Virus record (IMG/VR): IMGVR_UViG_3300037755_000190
Coordinates: 1-51,980 of that record
Direction: 5' to 3' (one strand)
Source of the DNA: a virus
Taxonomy: Duplodnaviria; Caudoviricetes
DNA: 51,980 bases
The position numbers and the translations under genes are program-made. Below, piece after piece: positions 7,955 through 16,100 of the stretch (positions within the stretch are counted from its first letter, which is position 1; the number at the start of each line of letters is the position of its first letter). The notes below the pieces were generated by a model that made no database searches, was not told where the DNA came from, and saw only the letters and a program-made list of their open reading frames with translations.

Positions 7955-8290
7955 ATGGTTTCAGAATTAGCAGGTATGGTAGCGGTCATCGAACGTAGGG
8001 CCGCTAGGCAGGTCCAGACAACCCCTAATCGTCAAGAGCGATGGGAACAGCGCAACGAGGCTATCCAGGCTGCACTAGCCCTAGGACTGCCCTATAGGGT
8101 CACGCCGCTAGCGGTCATAGTAGGACAATCCCCAAAGCGCGCTCCAAAGCCCGCCCCTACTACTCCTACTGTCGTTACGAAGCTCCATAAGCGCAAAGTC
8201 CTACTGGTTAATCCTCCATCCCTGCAACGATCTGTCTTTGGTGCTGTCCCGAGGGTGCAGAGGGCTTCTAAGGCAGACATAGAATGGTGA
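7955..8290 (+). CDS. basic Pro-rich hypothetical protein
   Basis: GAGGG SD; 111 aa. Confidence 0.6.
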   Translation: MVSELAGMVAVIERRAARQVQTTPNRQERWEQRNEAIQAALALGLPYRVTPLAVIVGQSPKRAPKPAPTTPTVVTKLHKRKVLLVNPPSLQRSVFGAVPRVQRASKADIEW

Positions 8291-8553
8291 GGTTCCGCGA
8301 ACATAGAGGGCAGCTTGAAGACGCTCTAAAGACCGTTCACGAGATCTCCACCAAAGCAGAGCTGGCGCAGCACATACGTAACTACCTATCCAGATCACCA
8401 CAGTTCAGGCTTACGGACGATGAGTTGATTATAGAGCCCTATGTGCTTGAAGAGGACACTCGTTGTGGCTGGAAAGAGACGTGGATTGTGTATCGAGACA
8501 GCGGAGCGCTAGGCTGGGGTGTGTTTGGCTTCACTGATGGACCGCTAATATGA
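8284..8553 (+). CDS. hypothetical phage protein
   Basis: 89 aa (M.RFREHRG.LED...D.RCGW.ETWIV...GVFGFTDGP), overlapping its neighbours. Confidence 0.7.
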   Translation: MVRFREHRGQLEDALKTVHEISTKAELAQHIRNYLSRSPQFRLTDDELIIEPYVLEEDTRCGWKETWIVYRDSGALGWGVFGFTDGPLI

Positions 8554-8663
8554 CTTGTTCCGACGCAGCAGTGCTCGTTGAAGCCATTAAAAGTCTTTCT
8601 GGTGCTATTATGGCCGTTGGGATTGTCTGGGCTATCGCTTGGTGTGTGGTTAAGACATGGTAG
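8550..8663 (+). CDS. 37-aa single-TM peptide
   Basis: ATGA overlap with the upstream stop; MTCSDAAVLVEAIKSLSGAIMAVGIVWAIAWCVVKTW*. Confidence 0.5.
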   Translation: MTCSDAAVLVEAIKSLSGAIMAVGIVWAIAWCVVKTW

Positions 8664-8758
8664 ATTGGGACACCGTTATAGCGCTTCTCAACACGCCGGT
8701 AGCGGCCTTCTTGGGAGCCTTTCTAGGCGGTCTAATTGGAGCGTATTTGTTTCTATGA
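8657..8758 (+). CDS. 33-aa single-TM peptide
   Basis: Overlaps the previous stop; MVDWDTVIALLNTPVAAFLGAFLGGLIGAYLFL*. Confidence 0.5.
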   Translation: MVDWDTVIALLNTPVAAFLGAFLGGLIGAYLFL

Positions 8759-8856
8759 CAGTAATGGAGCTATTTACCACCTGCCCCCCGATAGGCTTAC
8801 TGACAGTGGCGTTGTGTGCCTTTGCTATGGGCTTGGGGATCGGTAGATTTCTATAG
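8755..8856 (+). CDS. 33-aa single-TM peptide
   Basis: ATGA overlap, GGAG SD; MTVMELFTTCPPIGLLTVALCAFAMGLGIGRFL*. Confidence 0.5.
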   Translation: MTVMELFTTCPPIGLLTVALCAFAMGLGIGRFL

Positions 8857-8931
8857 ACTGGGGTAGCTCAGTGGTAGAGCAAGCGGCGTATAACCGTTAG
8901 GTCGGGGGTTCGATGCCCTCCCTCAGTACCA
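8857..8931 (+). tRNA. tRNA-Ile (anticodon TAT), atypical G33
   Basis: Acceptor ACTGGGG/CCTCAGT, D-arm GCTC-AGTGGTA-GAGC, anticodon arm AGCGG-CGTATAA-CCGTT, T-arm GGGGG-TTCGATG-CCCTC, discriminator A plus CCA. Confidence 0.85.
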
Positions 8932-8934
8932 AAA

Positions 8935-9022
8935 GCTCGCGTGGCGGAATAGGTAGACGCGAGGGGCTTAAAACCCCTTATTCCTAGTGATTGTGAGGGT
9001 TCGAATCCCTTCGTGAGCACCA
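8935..9022 (+). tRNA. tRNA-Leu (anticodon TAA)
   Basis: Acceptor GCTCGCG/CGTGAGC, anticodon arm AGGGG-CTTAAAA-CCCCT, long variable arm, T-arm GAGGG-TTCGAAT-CCCTT, A plus CCA. Confidence 0.92.
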
Positions 9023-9069
9023 GCGCCTTCGGCGCAATCGGCCTAACGGCCTCACCAACAGGAAAGACA

Positions 9070-9240
9070 ATGACGAAAGCTACAAAGACCGCCTCAGAAA
9101 TCCTTCTAAGGACGCTTGACAGATGGGGAGACATGGGGACGGACAACATACGAGATGAGATCGAGAAGGCCGCTAAGTTGGCTAAGGAAATGGAGGAAAG
9201 CCTAGAGAAGGACGAAGGGCTGGCTGTACCCAAAGCCTAG
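9070..9240 (+). CDS. small hypothetical protein
   Basis: AGGA SD before ATG 9070. Confidence 0.55.
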   Translation: MTKATKTASEILLRTLDRWGDMGTDNIRDEIEKAAKLAKEMEESLEKDEGLAVPKA

Positions 9241-9243
9241 TGC

Positions 9244-9505
9244 TTGTCACACTGGGTTGTCACACTACCAGAAATATGTTATCAATCAGCCCTCCCTAGT
9301 GAATAGCTAGACGAGGGTCTTTTCATGTCTATGTCGTTGAAATACCACGGATTTCCAGCCGAACCGATCTGAGCACGCCAGTGCGAATTCCGAGCCGAAG
9401 GCGAGGATATCTCCCCATGGGAGACAAGGTTCTATCGGAATTTCCTACGGTGCTTCAAGGGCTTAGATTCCCGCTTGCAACGCCTTGGCACAAGGATGTC
9501 ACAAT
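9244..9505. other. putative attP region
   Basis: Arm-type-like direct repeats TTGTCACACT x2 (9244-9253, 9257-9266), with TTGGCACAA and ATGTCACAAT (9485-9505) at the other end. Two inverted IHF-like sites (9331-9343, 9453-9465) and a central imperfect dyad TCTCC-CCATG-GGAGA. Lies immediately upstream of the integrase. Confidence 0.6.
9289..9323 (+). terminator. putative intrinsic terminator of the tRNA operon
   Basis: CCCTC-C-CTAG...CTAG-AC-GAGGG followed by TCTTTT. Confidence 0.5.
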
Positions 9506-10568
9506 GGCTACGTATCGCAAAAGAGGATCGACTTGGCAGGTTCAAATTAGGGTCAAGGGGCAATCGCCGCTTAGCCGTTCGTTCCCCACGAAAGCAGCCG
9601 GTCAAGCCTGGGCTGAGAGCGAGGAGAAAGCGTTGAAAGGGGGGACGATTAAAATTCCTCATGGCTATACCCTTGGTTGCCTATTGAGCGAATACCTAAC
9701 CGTCACTCAGTCTAGCACAGACAATGCCTTTATCAAAACGTTCATAAATAGGTGTCAGTTTTTAGATAAGCCACTCGCTAAGTTGATAGCTACGGACTTC
9801 TTAGCCTACAGAGACAGCCAACTTAAGACAGTAAAGAAAACTAGCTACAACAGGTCTATCAAGCCTATTATAGCAGCCTTTAGGTCAGCTATCGAGATGA
9901 AGCACTTTCCCGCCGATTGTGCAGATTGTCTCAAGGCCACAAAACTGAAAGCCAAGGCTACTAAGCGCAGAAGACGGTTCTGGGACCATGAAGAAAGAGC
10001 TTTTAGTACTGTCTGTAGCTGCCCTACTCTGGGGGCTGTGGTTGTGGTCCTTGTGGAAACAGCTATGCGGTCCGGTGAATTGTGGTTGGTAAAGAAACAG
10101 AACGTGAGGGACGGTATGATTTACATTCCAGAGGAAGACACAAAAACAAAAAGCCCCCGGACTATTGCGCTAAGTCCAAGGGCTCTTTCAGCGGTAGATA
10201 TTTTAATGGCACAAAGCGCTACCGAGAAACTGGTCTCACTAGGTGCTGGTGTCTTGAAGAAGAAGTTTAGAAAGGTGTGTCATCAGGCAGAGATAGTTAA
10301 TCTGCATATGCACGATCTGAGGCACGAAGCTTTGTCTAGGATGTCTGAGAAGGGCTTTGGTCCGGCTGAGATGATGTCTCAATCAGGTCATACACAACTC
10401 AATCAGCTAGGTGACTACATCCATGGCAACCCTCTGCTTATTCAGAAGAAGTTGCTAGCGATGTCACAGCTTGGAGGAAATCCTCTAGTGGAACCTGTGA
10501 TTTATTTAAGCCATCCCCGTAGTAGTACGAGTGTCCCGATGTTGTCGGAAGTCCAGCCCACTCCATAG
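9504..10568 (+). CDS. int: tyrosine integrase/recombinase
   Basis: AAGGA SD plus ATG 9504 (MATYRKRGSTWQVQIR). The catalytic set R (AMRSGEL), K (TKT), HxxR (HDLRH), H (SGH) and Y (DYIH) is intact. Confidence 0.93.
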   Translation: MATYRKRGSTWQVQIRVKGQSPLSRSFPTKAAGQAWAESEEKALKGGTIKIPHGYTLGCLLSEYLTVTQSSTDNAFIKTFINRCQFLDKPLAKLIATDFLAYRDSQLKTVKKTSYNRSIKPIIAAFRSAIEMKHFPADCADCLKATKLKAKATKRRRRFWDHEERAFSTVCSCPTLGAVVVVLVETAMRSGELWLVKKQNVRDGMIYIPEEDTKTKSPRTIALSPRALSAVDILMAQSATEKLVSLGAGVLKKKFRKVCHQAEIVNLHMHDLRHEALSRMSEKGFGPAEMMSQSGHTQLNQLGDYIHGNPLLIQKKLLAMSQLGGNPLVEPVIYLSHPRSSTSVPMLSEVQPTP

Positions 10569-11058
10569 CCAATCTATTAGCAAAGGTGTTCTTATCCATC
10601 TCGCCCCTTAGGTAACTATCAAGCCCCCGACGCCTCATCAGATGTACGGCCATTCTGTCTTGAAGCTCGGGGGTCATCTTTTCGTCCCCTGTAAGCCCCA
10701 ATTCTTTCTTTACGCCCGTCAGAGTCTTGTTGAGAAACTGATAGCGGCCTATGGCTGTGCTAGGCGATCCCTGGGCCTTCATCTGGCCTTGGAAGTCCAA
10801 CACCTCATCGACGCTCATATTCGTGACAGGTACCCTTCCCTTGACACCAAAGGCGTCCTCATAGCCCTTCTGAGAGGCTTCTGCACGGCCGATTAGGTCA
10901 AGCATACCTTTCATAGGTCCAGCCCCGTAAGCAGCCCCTACAGCCTCTACCTTGCTCCTGGTGCCATCATCGATATCCAAGGTATCCGGCTTGTAAGCCT
11001 GCCGAGGGTTAATGGCCGTGAAGTTGAAGACAGAAGATTGTTGCGGCTGCTCTACCGT
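10438..11058 (-). CDS. lambda-R/GH104-like lysozyme domain, probably expressed as a -1 frameshift extension of 11052..13103
   Basis: Motifs LDLIGRAE, STAIGRYQF, PELQD and EWAGLP..SYY. The frame is open from the A7 run at 11058-11064. The first conventional start is a TTG at 10980 with no clear SD. Confidence 0.85.
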   Translation of the reverse strand, partial: TVEQPQQSSVFNFTAINPRQAYKPDTLDIDDGTRSKVEAVGAAYGAGPMKGMLDLIGRAEASQKGYEDAFGVKGRVPVTNMSVDEVLDFQGQMKAQGSPSTAIGRYQFLNKTLTGVKKELGLTGDEKMTPELQDRMAVHLMRRRGLDSYLRGEMDKNTFANRLAMEWAGLPTTSGHSYYYGDGLNKSQVPLEDFLQAVTSLATSSE

Positions 11059-13103
11059 TTTTTTCCTTCTCCCTCTCCTCCACTCGGGGGGTTGTCTTTC
11101 TCGAAGTTCCTAATCGCCCCTTCGCGCATTTTAGTCCAGAAGGAAGCTTCTTTAGGGGCCATCGTATTAATGCCCATTCCGTTGAACAGACCAAGCAGTT
11201 CTTTACTAATGTCCTGCCCATCGGCCTTGAGTATAGGCGCTAAGACAGCGATCTGCCTATTGAACTCCTGTACGGTCGCGTCAACGTTGTCTGTAAACTT
11301 GTTCTCTACACTTCGTAGAGCGCCAGCAAGGGGATTACGCCAGTCGCTTTTACGCTCAGAACCAGAGGTTACGTTGAACCTATTGGCGTCCTTATCATAA
11401 TCAATCTTGATATTAGGGCGCATAGTGACACCCTCTTGGATCGTATTGGCCATCTGACGGAACAAACCACCAAAGCTATCTAAGGTCCACTGCTTGTATT
11501 GGTTCCATGCCTGAGGGTCGGTGGCTTTCATCTTAACCATAGTCTTAGTTACCTCTGGAGAGGCTAGGCGAGTGTAGATGCCTGTCTTCTGTTCCGGTTT
11601 GATACCCGATAAGAAATCAGAGTTCTCCGGGCCAAACAAACTCTTAGCTGTATTTAAGACAATCTGAGGTGACGCTCTGGGATTAGTTATAACGTCAACG
11701 CGGTCTTTAATCTGCTGATACTGTAGCTTAGAACGAGTCGGCTTATCTACGTTAGTATGCTTATTGTCGTCCATGTCTTTCTTGAGGGAAGATGAATCTC
11801 CCGACATGCCCTTAGCCAAAGAGATATTACGGAGCTGTTGAGCTGCCACAGACTTCATCTTTTGCCCTTGAGGAGACAGTAGCATTTCGTCTAAAAGCTC
11901 TTGCCCACCCTGGTCCTTAACAGCTTGCATAATCCTGATTTGATCGGAGCTTTCAATAACCTTGCGGTTAGCTTCGTCTTTAAGAGCTTTAGTCCTGACT
12001 ATATCCGCATTAAGTACGCCGTACTCTTTATCGTTGAGTAGCTTCTCATAATAGTTAATACGATTAAGAGCTGTCTCCTGAATGTGCTTTATCTTCTCTG
12101 GGGACTTGATAGCGTTATAGTAGGTTGTCTGTCCGTCGGCCCATGGTTTCTCAAGGATACCCTGAACGCCTTGCTGTACCTTAAACTTCAACTCTGAGAA
12201 CTGTTGACGTAAAGCCATTTGCTCATCTGGGGTAAAGCTTTTGGGGTCTTTCCTAGCTTTATCCATGAGTAGAGTAAAGTTCTTAGAGGTATCTGCCGTA
12301 TCAAGGATAATACGATTGGTAAATCCAGTGACTTCATCTAACGCAGTACCGACAGATTGTTCTTCGGTAAGATTGCCCTGATCCTTAGCAAGTGCCAATC
12401 TGTTTCGTTTAAGCTCAACGGCTAGCTTCTCTTGGGCTCTTTCTTGAACATAAGCCCTTGTTTCAATCTTAGTATAGGCTTGCCCAGCATTCTGACGCTG
12501 GTAGTAGTCGGGAGGAAGGAACTCGTTATTAGTGTCTACGAAGGTATTGAACTTCTTCTCGTCTTCGTTCTTCTCCGCTAAGGTTGATGTCCATTCTTTA
12601 CGTTTAGCTTCAATCGCCGCCGCAGCAGGACGATGACCAAGAGCAGATGTAACTTGCGCCTCAATCTTGTCTGCGTAAGCTGGATACCTTGCTCTTGCCT
12701 GCTTAACCATAGCATCCATTTGAGACCAGTACTGTGAGGCACTGATACGGCCTTCCGAATAGGCTTGGGTTATCTTCTTACCCGTAGTACCTATACGCTG
12801 GATGTCTGTGTTAGCAGCCGGATCGGCTGGAGCCTCTGGTTTAACTAGAGTATCGCCTGCCTCACCTCCTGAGATTGCAGATACGCCAGTAGAATCTGTA
12901 GTCGTACTGTCAACGATCCCCTGAGCAATCTTATCTGCTTCAGCTTTCTGTTGTGTCTCATGGAAGTCTGACTTAAGCTCAATCCCCTGGGCAATACCAG
13001 TGAAGAGCTTTTTCATAGCCTTGTTACCGTCCCCTTCTTTGGAGTACCCAATATAGCTAGGATCATTTGCGCCTTGTACCTCAGCGCCGAACGCTTTAAC
13101 CAT
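11052..13103 (-). CDS. internal virion (ejection) protein
   Basis: 683-aa helical Q/K/D-rich protein, last gene of the late arm after the giant virion protein. Confidence 0.75.
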   Translation of the reverse strand: MVKAFGAEVQGANDPSYIGYSKEGDGNKAMKKLFTGIAQGIELKSDFHETQQKAEADKIAQGIVDSTTTDSTGVSAISGGEAGDTLVKPEAPADPAANTDIQRIGTTGKKITQAYSEGRISASQYWSQMDAMVKQARARYPAYADKIEAQVTSALGHRPAAAAIEAKRKEWTSTLAEKNEDEKKFNTFVDTNNEFLPPDYYQRQNAGQAYTKIETRAYVQERAQEKLAVELKRNRLALAKDQGNLTEEQSVGTALDEVTGFTNRIILDTADTSKNFTLLMDKARKDPKSFTPDEQMALRQQFSELKFKVQQGVQGILEKPWADGQTTYYNAIKSPEKIKHIQETALNRINYYEKLLNDKEYGVLNADIVRTKALKDEANRKVIESSDQIRIMQAVKDQGGQELLDEMLLSPQGQKMKSVAAQQLRNISLAKGMSGDSSSLKKDMDDNKHTNVDKPTRSKLQYQQIKDRVDVITNPRASPQIVLNTAKSLFGPENSDFLSGIKPEQKTGIYTRLASPEVTKTMVKMKATDPQAWNQYKQWTLDSFGGLFRQMANTIQEGVTMRPNIKIDYDKDANRFNVTSGSERKSDWRNPLAGALRSVENKFTDNVDATVQEFNRQIAVLAPILKADGQDISKELLGLFNGMGINTMAPKEASFWTKMREGAIRNFEKDNPPSGGEGEGKKR

Positions 13104-16100
13104 TATTCTTCTTCTGCCTGTCCACTAATCATTTCCCTACGTGCCTCAGACTGCCCTACAGGAGCCTTGCGCCAAAAGTCCTCGCGTACCGCGTTAAATA
13201 AGTTCTCGTGTCCCTTGACAGCGCCACGAAGGATAGCGCCGTGCTTAGATGGGTTAATACCACTGGACACCAACCATGCTTTAGCTCTCTTAAGGTAGCC
13301 ATCTCCTAATTCCTGATTTCCATCGGTGTATTCAGAGATCGCCTTACGATACCATTTCTGCACTTCTTTGACTGCTGCGTCTTCAGCCTTACGTTGCTCT
13401 TTACGTGACTGGATCATTATGAAGGTATCACCAACATCTCTATTCGTGAGTCCCATAGCACCGGACATAAAGGCATCAAAGCCAGTCGCGTTATCGACAA
13501 CAACCGTACCATTCCGTGTAAAGTAACGTCCCTGATTATAGAGATACCATGCTTTCGCCGCGTTATTGATAGACGATATGTTGCGAGTAACTTCTAGGAA
13601 GTCCTCCATAGTGGGAGGCGCTACGCTTTCGTCAAAAAGAGACATAAGAGCAGCCGTAGCCGGTTCAGCCGATTTGATCATATCACCTATGATAGAACCA
13701 GACGCGCCCAGCAATAAATCTATGACTGTCTTCTCACCACTGATGGCATCTTTGAAAAGACTCGTACCACCTGGACCGTAACGTTCCGAGACGTTGTACT
13801 GCTTGCCAGTGGCCACAGAGAGCATGGTAGAGAGCAAACCATCGTGCATAGCCTGGATAGCTACATTGTCCATAGGGACGCCACGCTCTAGGGCTGCTTG
13901 TCGGATATCCTCATAGTAAGGCCATACGCCCGCACCCGCACCAGCGGCTACAGGAACCCCGTACACGGCTGCATAGGTCATATAGGCTTGACGCTTCTCA
14001 GCGCCTGATAGGCGACTCCCCCAGCCCGGCAAGAGCTGTTCTGCTAGGCGTGCCTGGAAAGCTAGGAACTGCGTAGGAATGCCCACGATGCCTTGCTGCC
14101 ACGCTGCGTTAGAAGCCCTAGTCATATTGGCTGCCATCAGATCGGCTCGCTTAAGCACTTGGTTACGTGCAGCGTTATCCATTACAGCCTTTGGGTTAAG
14201 ATCCCTCCAAGCGTAGTAAGCAGCGTTCCAAGCAGACAAGCGGACAAAGCGTTCACCCTCGTCGAAGAACATCGTGCCCTTCTCTAAGAAGGTGCCAAAG
14301 GTTCCCTTAAACAAGTTAGGGTCGAACACGTCGTCACGCCAAGCCACTTCGCCACCAACATTGTAGTAGCCAGTCCTACGCATCTCTGCATAGGATTCTT
14401 TGAAATGATCGGCGTTGCTAGACCACCTCGCGAACTGATTGATAATGTTTTCGTCTTCAGTCAGCCGGAGCATACGCATACGAATAGCGTCACCAGCACC
14501 CCTGATAGCCATCTGAGGGCCAGCGATAGCCATGACGTGTACAAAAGACTGTGCCTGTAACGCTAACTGGACTGGATTAAACAAGCCTAGTTTAGTATGG
14601 AAGGCAATGGATCGAGCGTAAGTGAAAGGGTCTTTGACCGTAGGAAGTAAGTTCTCTGTTACATAGTCAGAAGCTTTTTGCCCTAACCGAGTGTAAACCT
14701 GATCGACAATCTTATTCTGAAGCCACATCATCTTTGAGCTAAGATCGGAACTAGCCCCAATGAACATGATGTTAGCTCTGCGTGTGTTCTGTGCAGCGGC
14801 TAATAACGCTTTGTTCTTTGTCTCCGTATCCCAGACAGGATTATGGAAGTAATAGATAGGATTGCGCCGTAGTTCCTCGGGAGTCGTCTTCATCACAGAC
14901 CAGAACTCGTTGATAAAGTTCTCCACGGCGGTCGTCTTATAATCATTCATGTGACGACTACGCGAGACGTTGGCAATAGCCTTATTGAGCGTGTCCAGGG
15001 GAGACAGGAGCCGTGGTTTATCTAATTGAAAGATCGGCTTGGATTCAGTGCCCAATTCTTGTACACGCGGCAAGTCGGGATCGCGGGAGCCCAGATACTT
15101 CTTGTCAACATTCTGTGCGAATAGATTGTATTTGGAACGCACACCGTTAAAGAACCCTTCGTACTGACGAAAAGCCCCCTTGAAGTGTTCCATGTCCGAA
15201 GTGTTACGCCCAGCCGCTGTCCATGTAATAGGATCGTCCATATGCAGCAACGCAGGTCTAATAGTTCCATCAGGCATCACCTTAGAACTAAAGAACGACT
15301 TGAAGGTCTCAATATCCCAAGGTGTATTCTGGTATAGGAAGGTCTTTAGAGCGTCCATTTTATTGTCACGAAGCAGTAACCTAGCGTCGTCTGCCGCTTG
15401 GGCGTAACGCTTAGCCTCAACCTCAGTGGCGACATTTAAGAGGGACGTATCGCCTTCATAGATGTGCCGTAGTGAGCCCGAGGCTGTAGACCGACGCAGA
15501 TTAGGCTGCTTGATAAAAAACTTGTCGCCATACTCGACGTGACCACCCGGACGGTAAGGCAGAATGTTCCAATCAAACTTAGCGTTCTCAAAGTTCTTTA
15601 CGACAGCAAAGTGAATGGTTTCCGTAGTGCCCGCTACATCCAAAAGAGGTTTCTCTAGTGGGTTAACAATCTCGACTACTTTAAACCCACGATCCTTAAC
15701 GTTGCCGTCTAGTGTGTCTCGCACGTCTTGTGTCAATTGAGAGCGTAGGAAAAACTCGCCCTTGTTCTTCTTGGCTGGATCATAGAGCCAAACACCAAAG
15801 TCCTCGGAACCATCATCCCAAGGTATACGATCATTAAGCCGCCCTGCGAACTGTCGAGACGCCTTAGTCTGGGCTTGCCCTAGTTCATCTGTTGTCTGGT
15901 AGAAGATAGTTGTCTTCTCTGCACCCATACGGGCCAAGTCACGATGAAGGGCTAAGTTACGGAGGATGTAATCCATGTCGTAAAGTTGCGTGTAGGTAAA
16001 GTATGCCTCGATCTGCTTTTCACTGGGCTGTTGCTTGAACCTATCAAAGAACGCGTTCTCGAATTCACCGATAGTCGTATGGAACAGACCACGCTCCCCA

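Noticed and set aside
8578-8754. 5' part of the 92-aa ORF 8578..8856
   Set aside because: Better explained by three short coupled TM ORFs; only the portion from ATG 8755 has an SD.
8857-8931. tRNA(UAU) as a dedicated initiator for ATA starts
   Set aside because: It lacks the C1:A72 mismatch, G2-C71/C3-G70 and the three consecutive G-C anticodon-stem pairs; kept only as speculation.
8868-9233. 121-aa minus-strand ORF and the 5' part of ORF 9013..9240
   Set aside because: They are antisense to or overlap the two tRNA genes; shadow ORFs.
9360-9430. Possible dusA- or tRNA-derived att core
   Set aside because: I could not match a tRNA 3' end or the dusA APMMDWTDRHCR coding sequence by eye; the target remains unknown.
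9381-9503. 41-aa N-terminal extension of the integrase in the ORF track
   Set aside because: The SD and the typical MATYRKRG N-terminus are at 9504; the upstream part is attP-like DNA.
11052-11054. Stop-codon readthrough or TAG recoding as the route to the lysozyme
   Set aside because: Readthrough stays in the wrong frame, and TAG acts as a normal stop for many genes here; no suppressor tRNA was seen.
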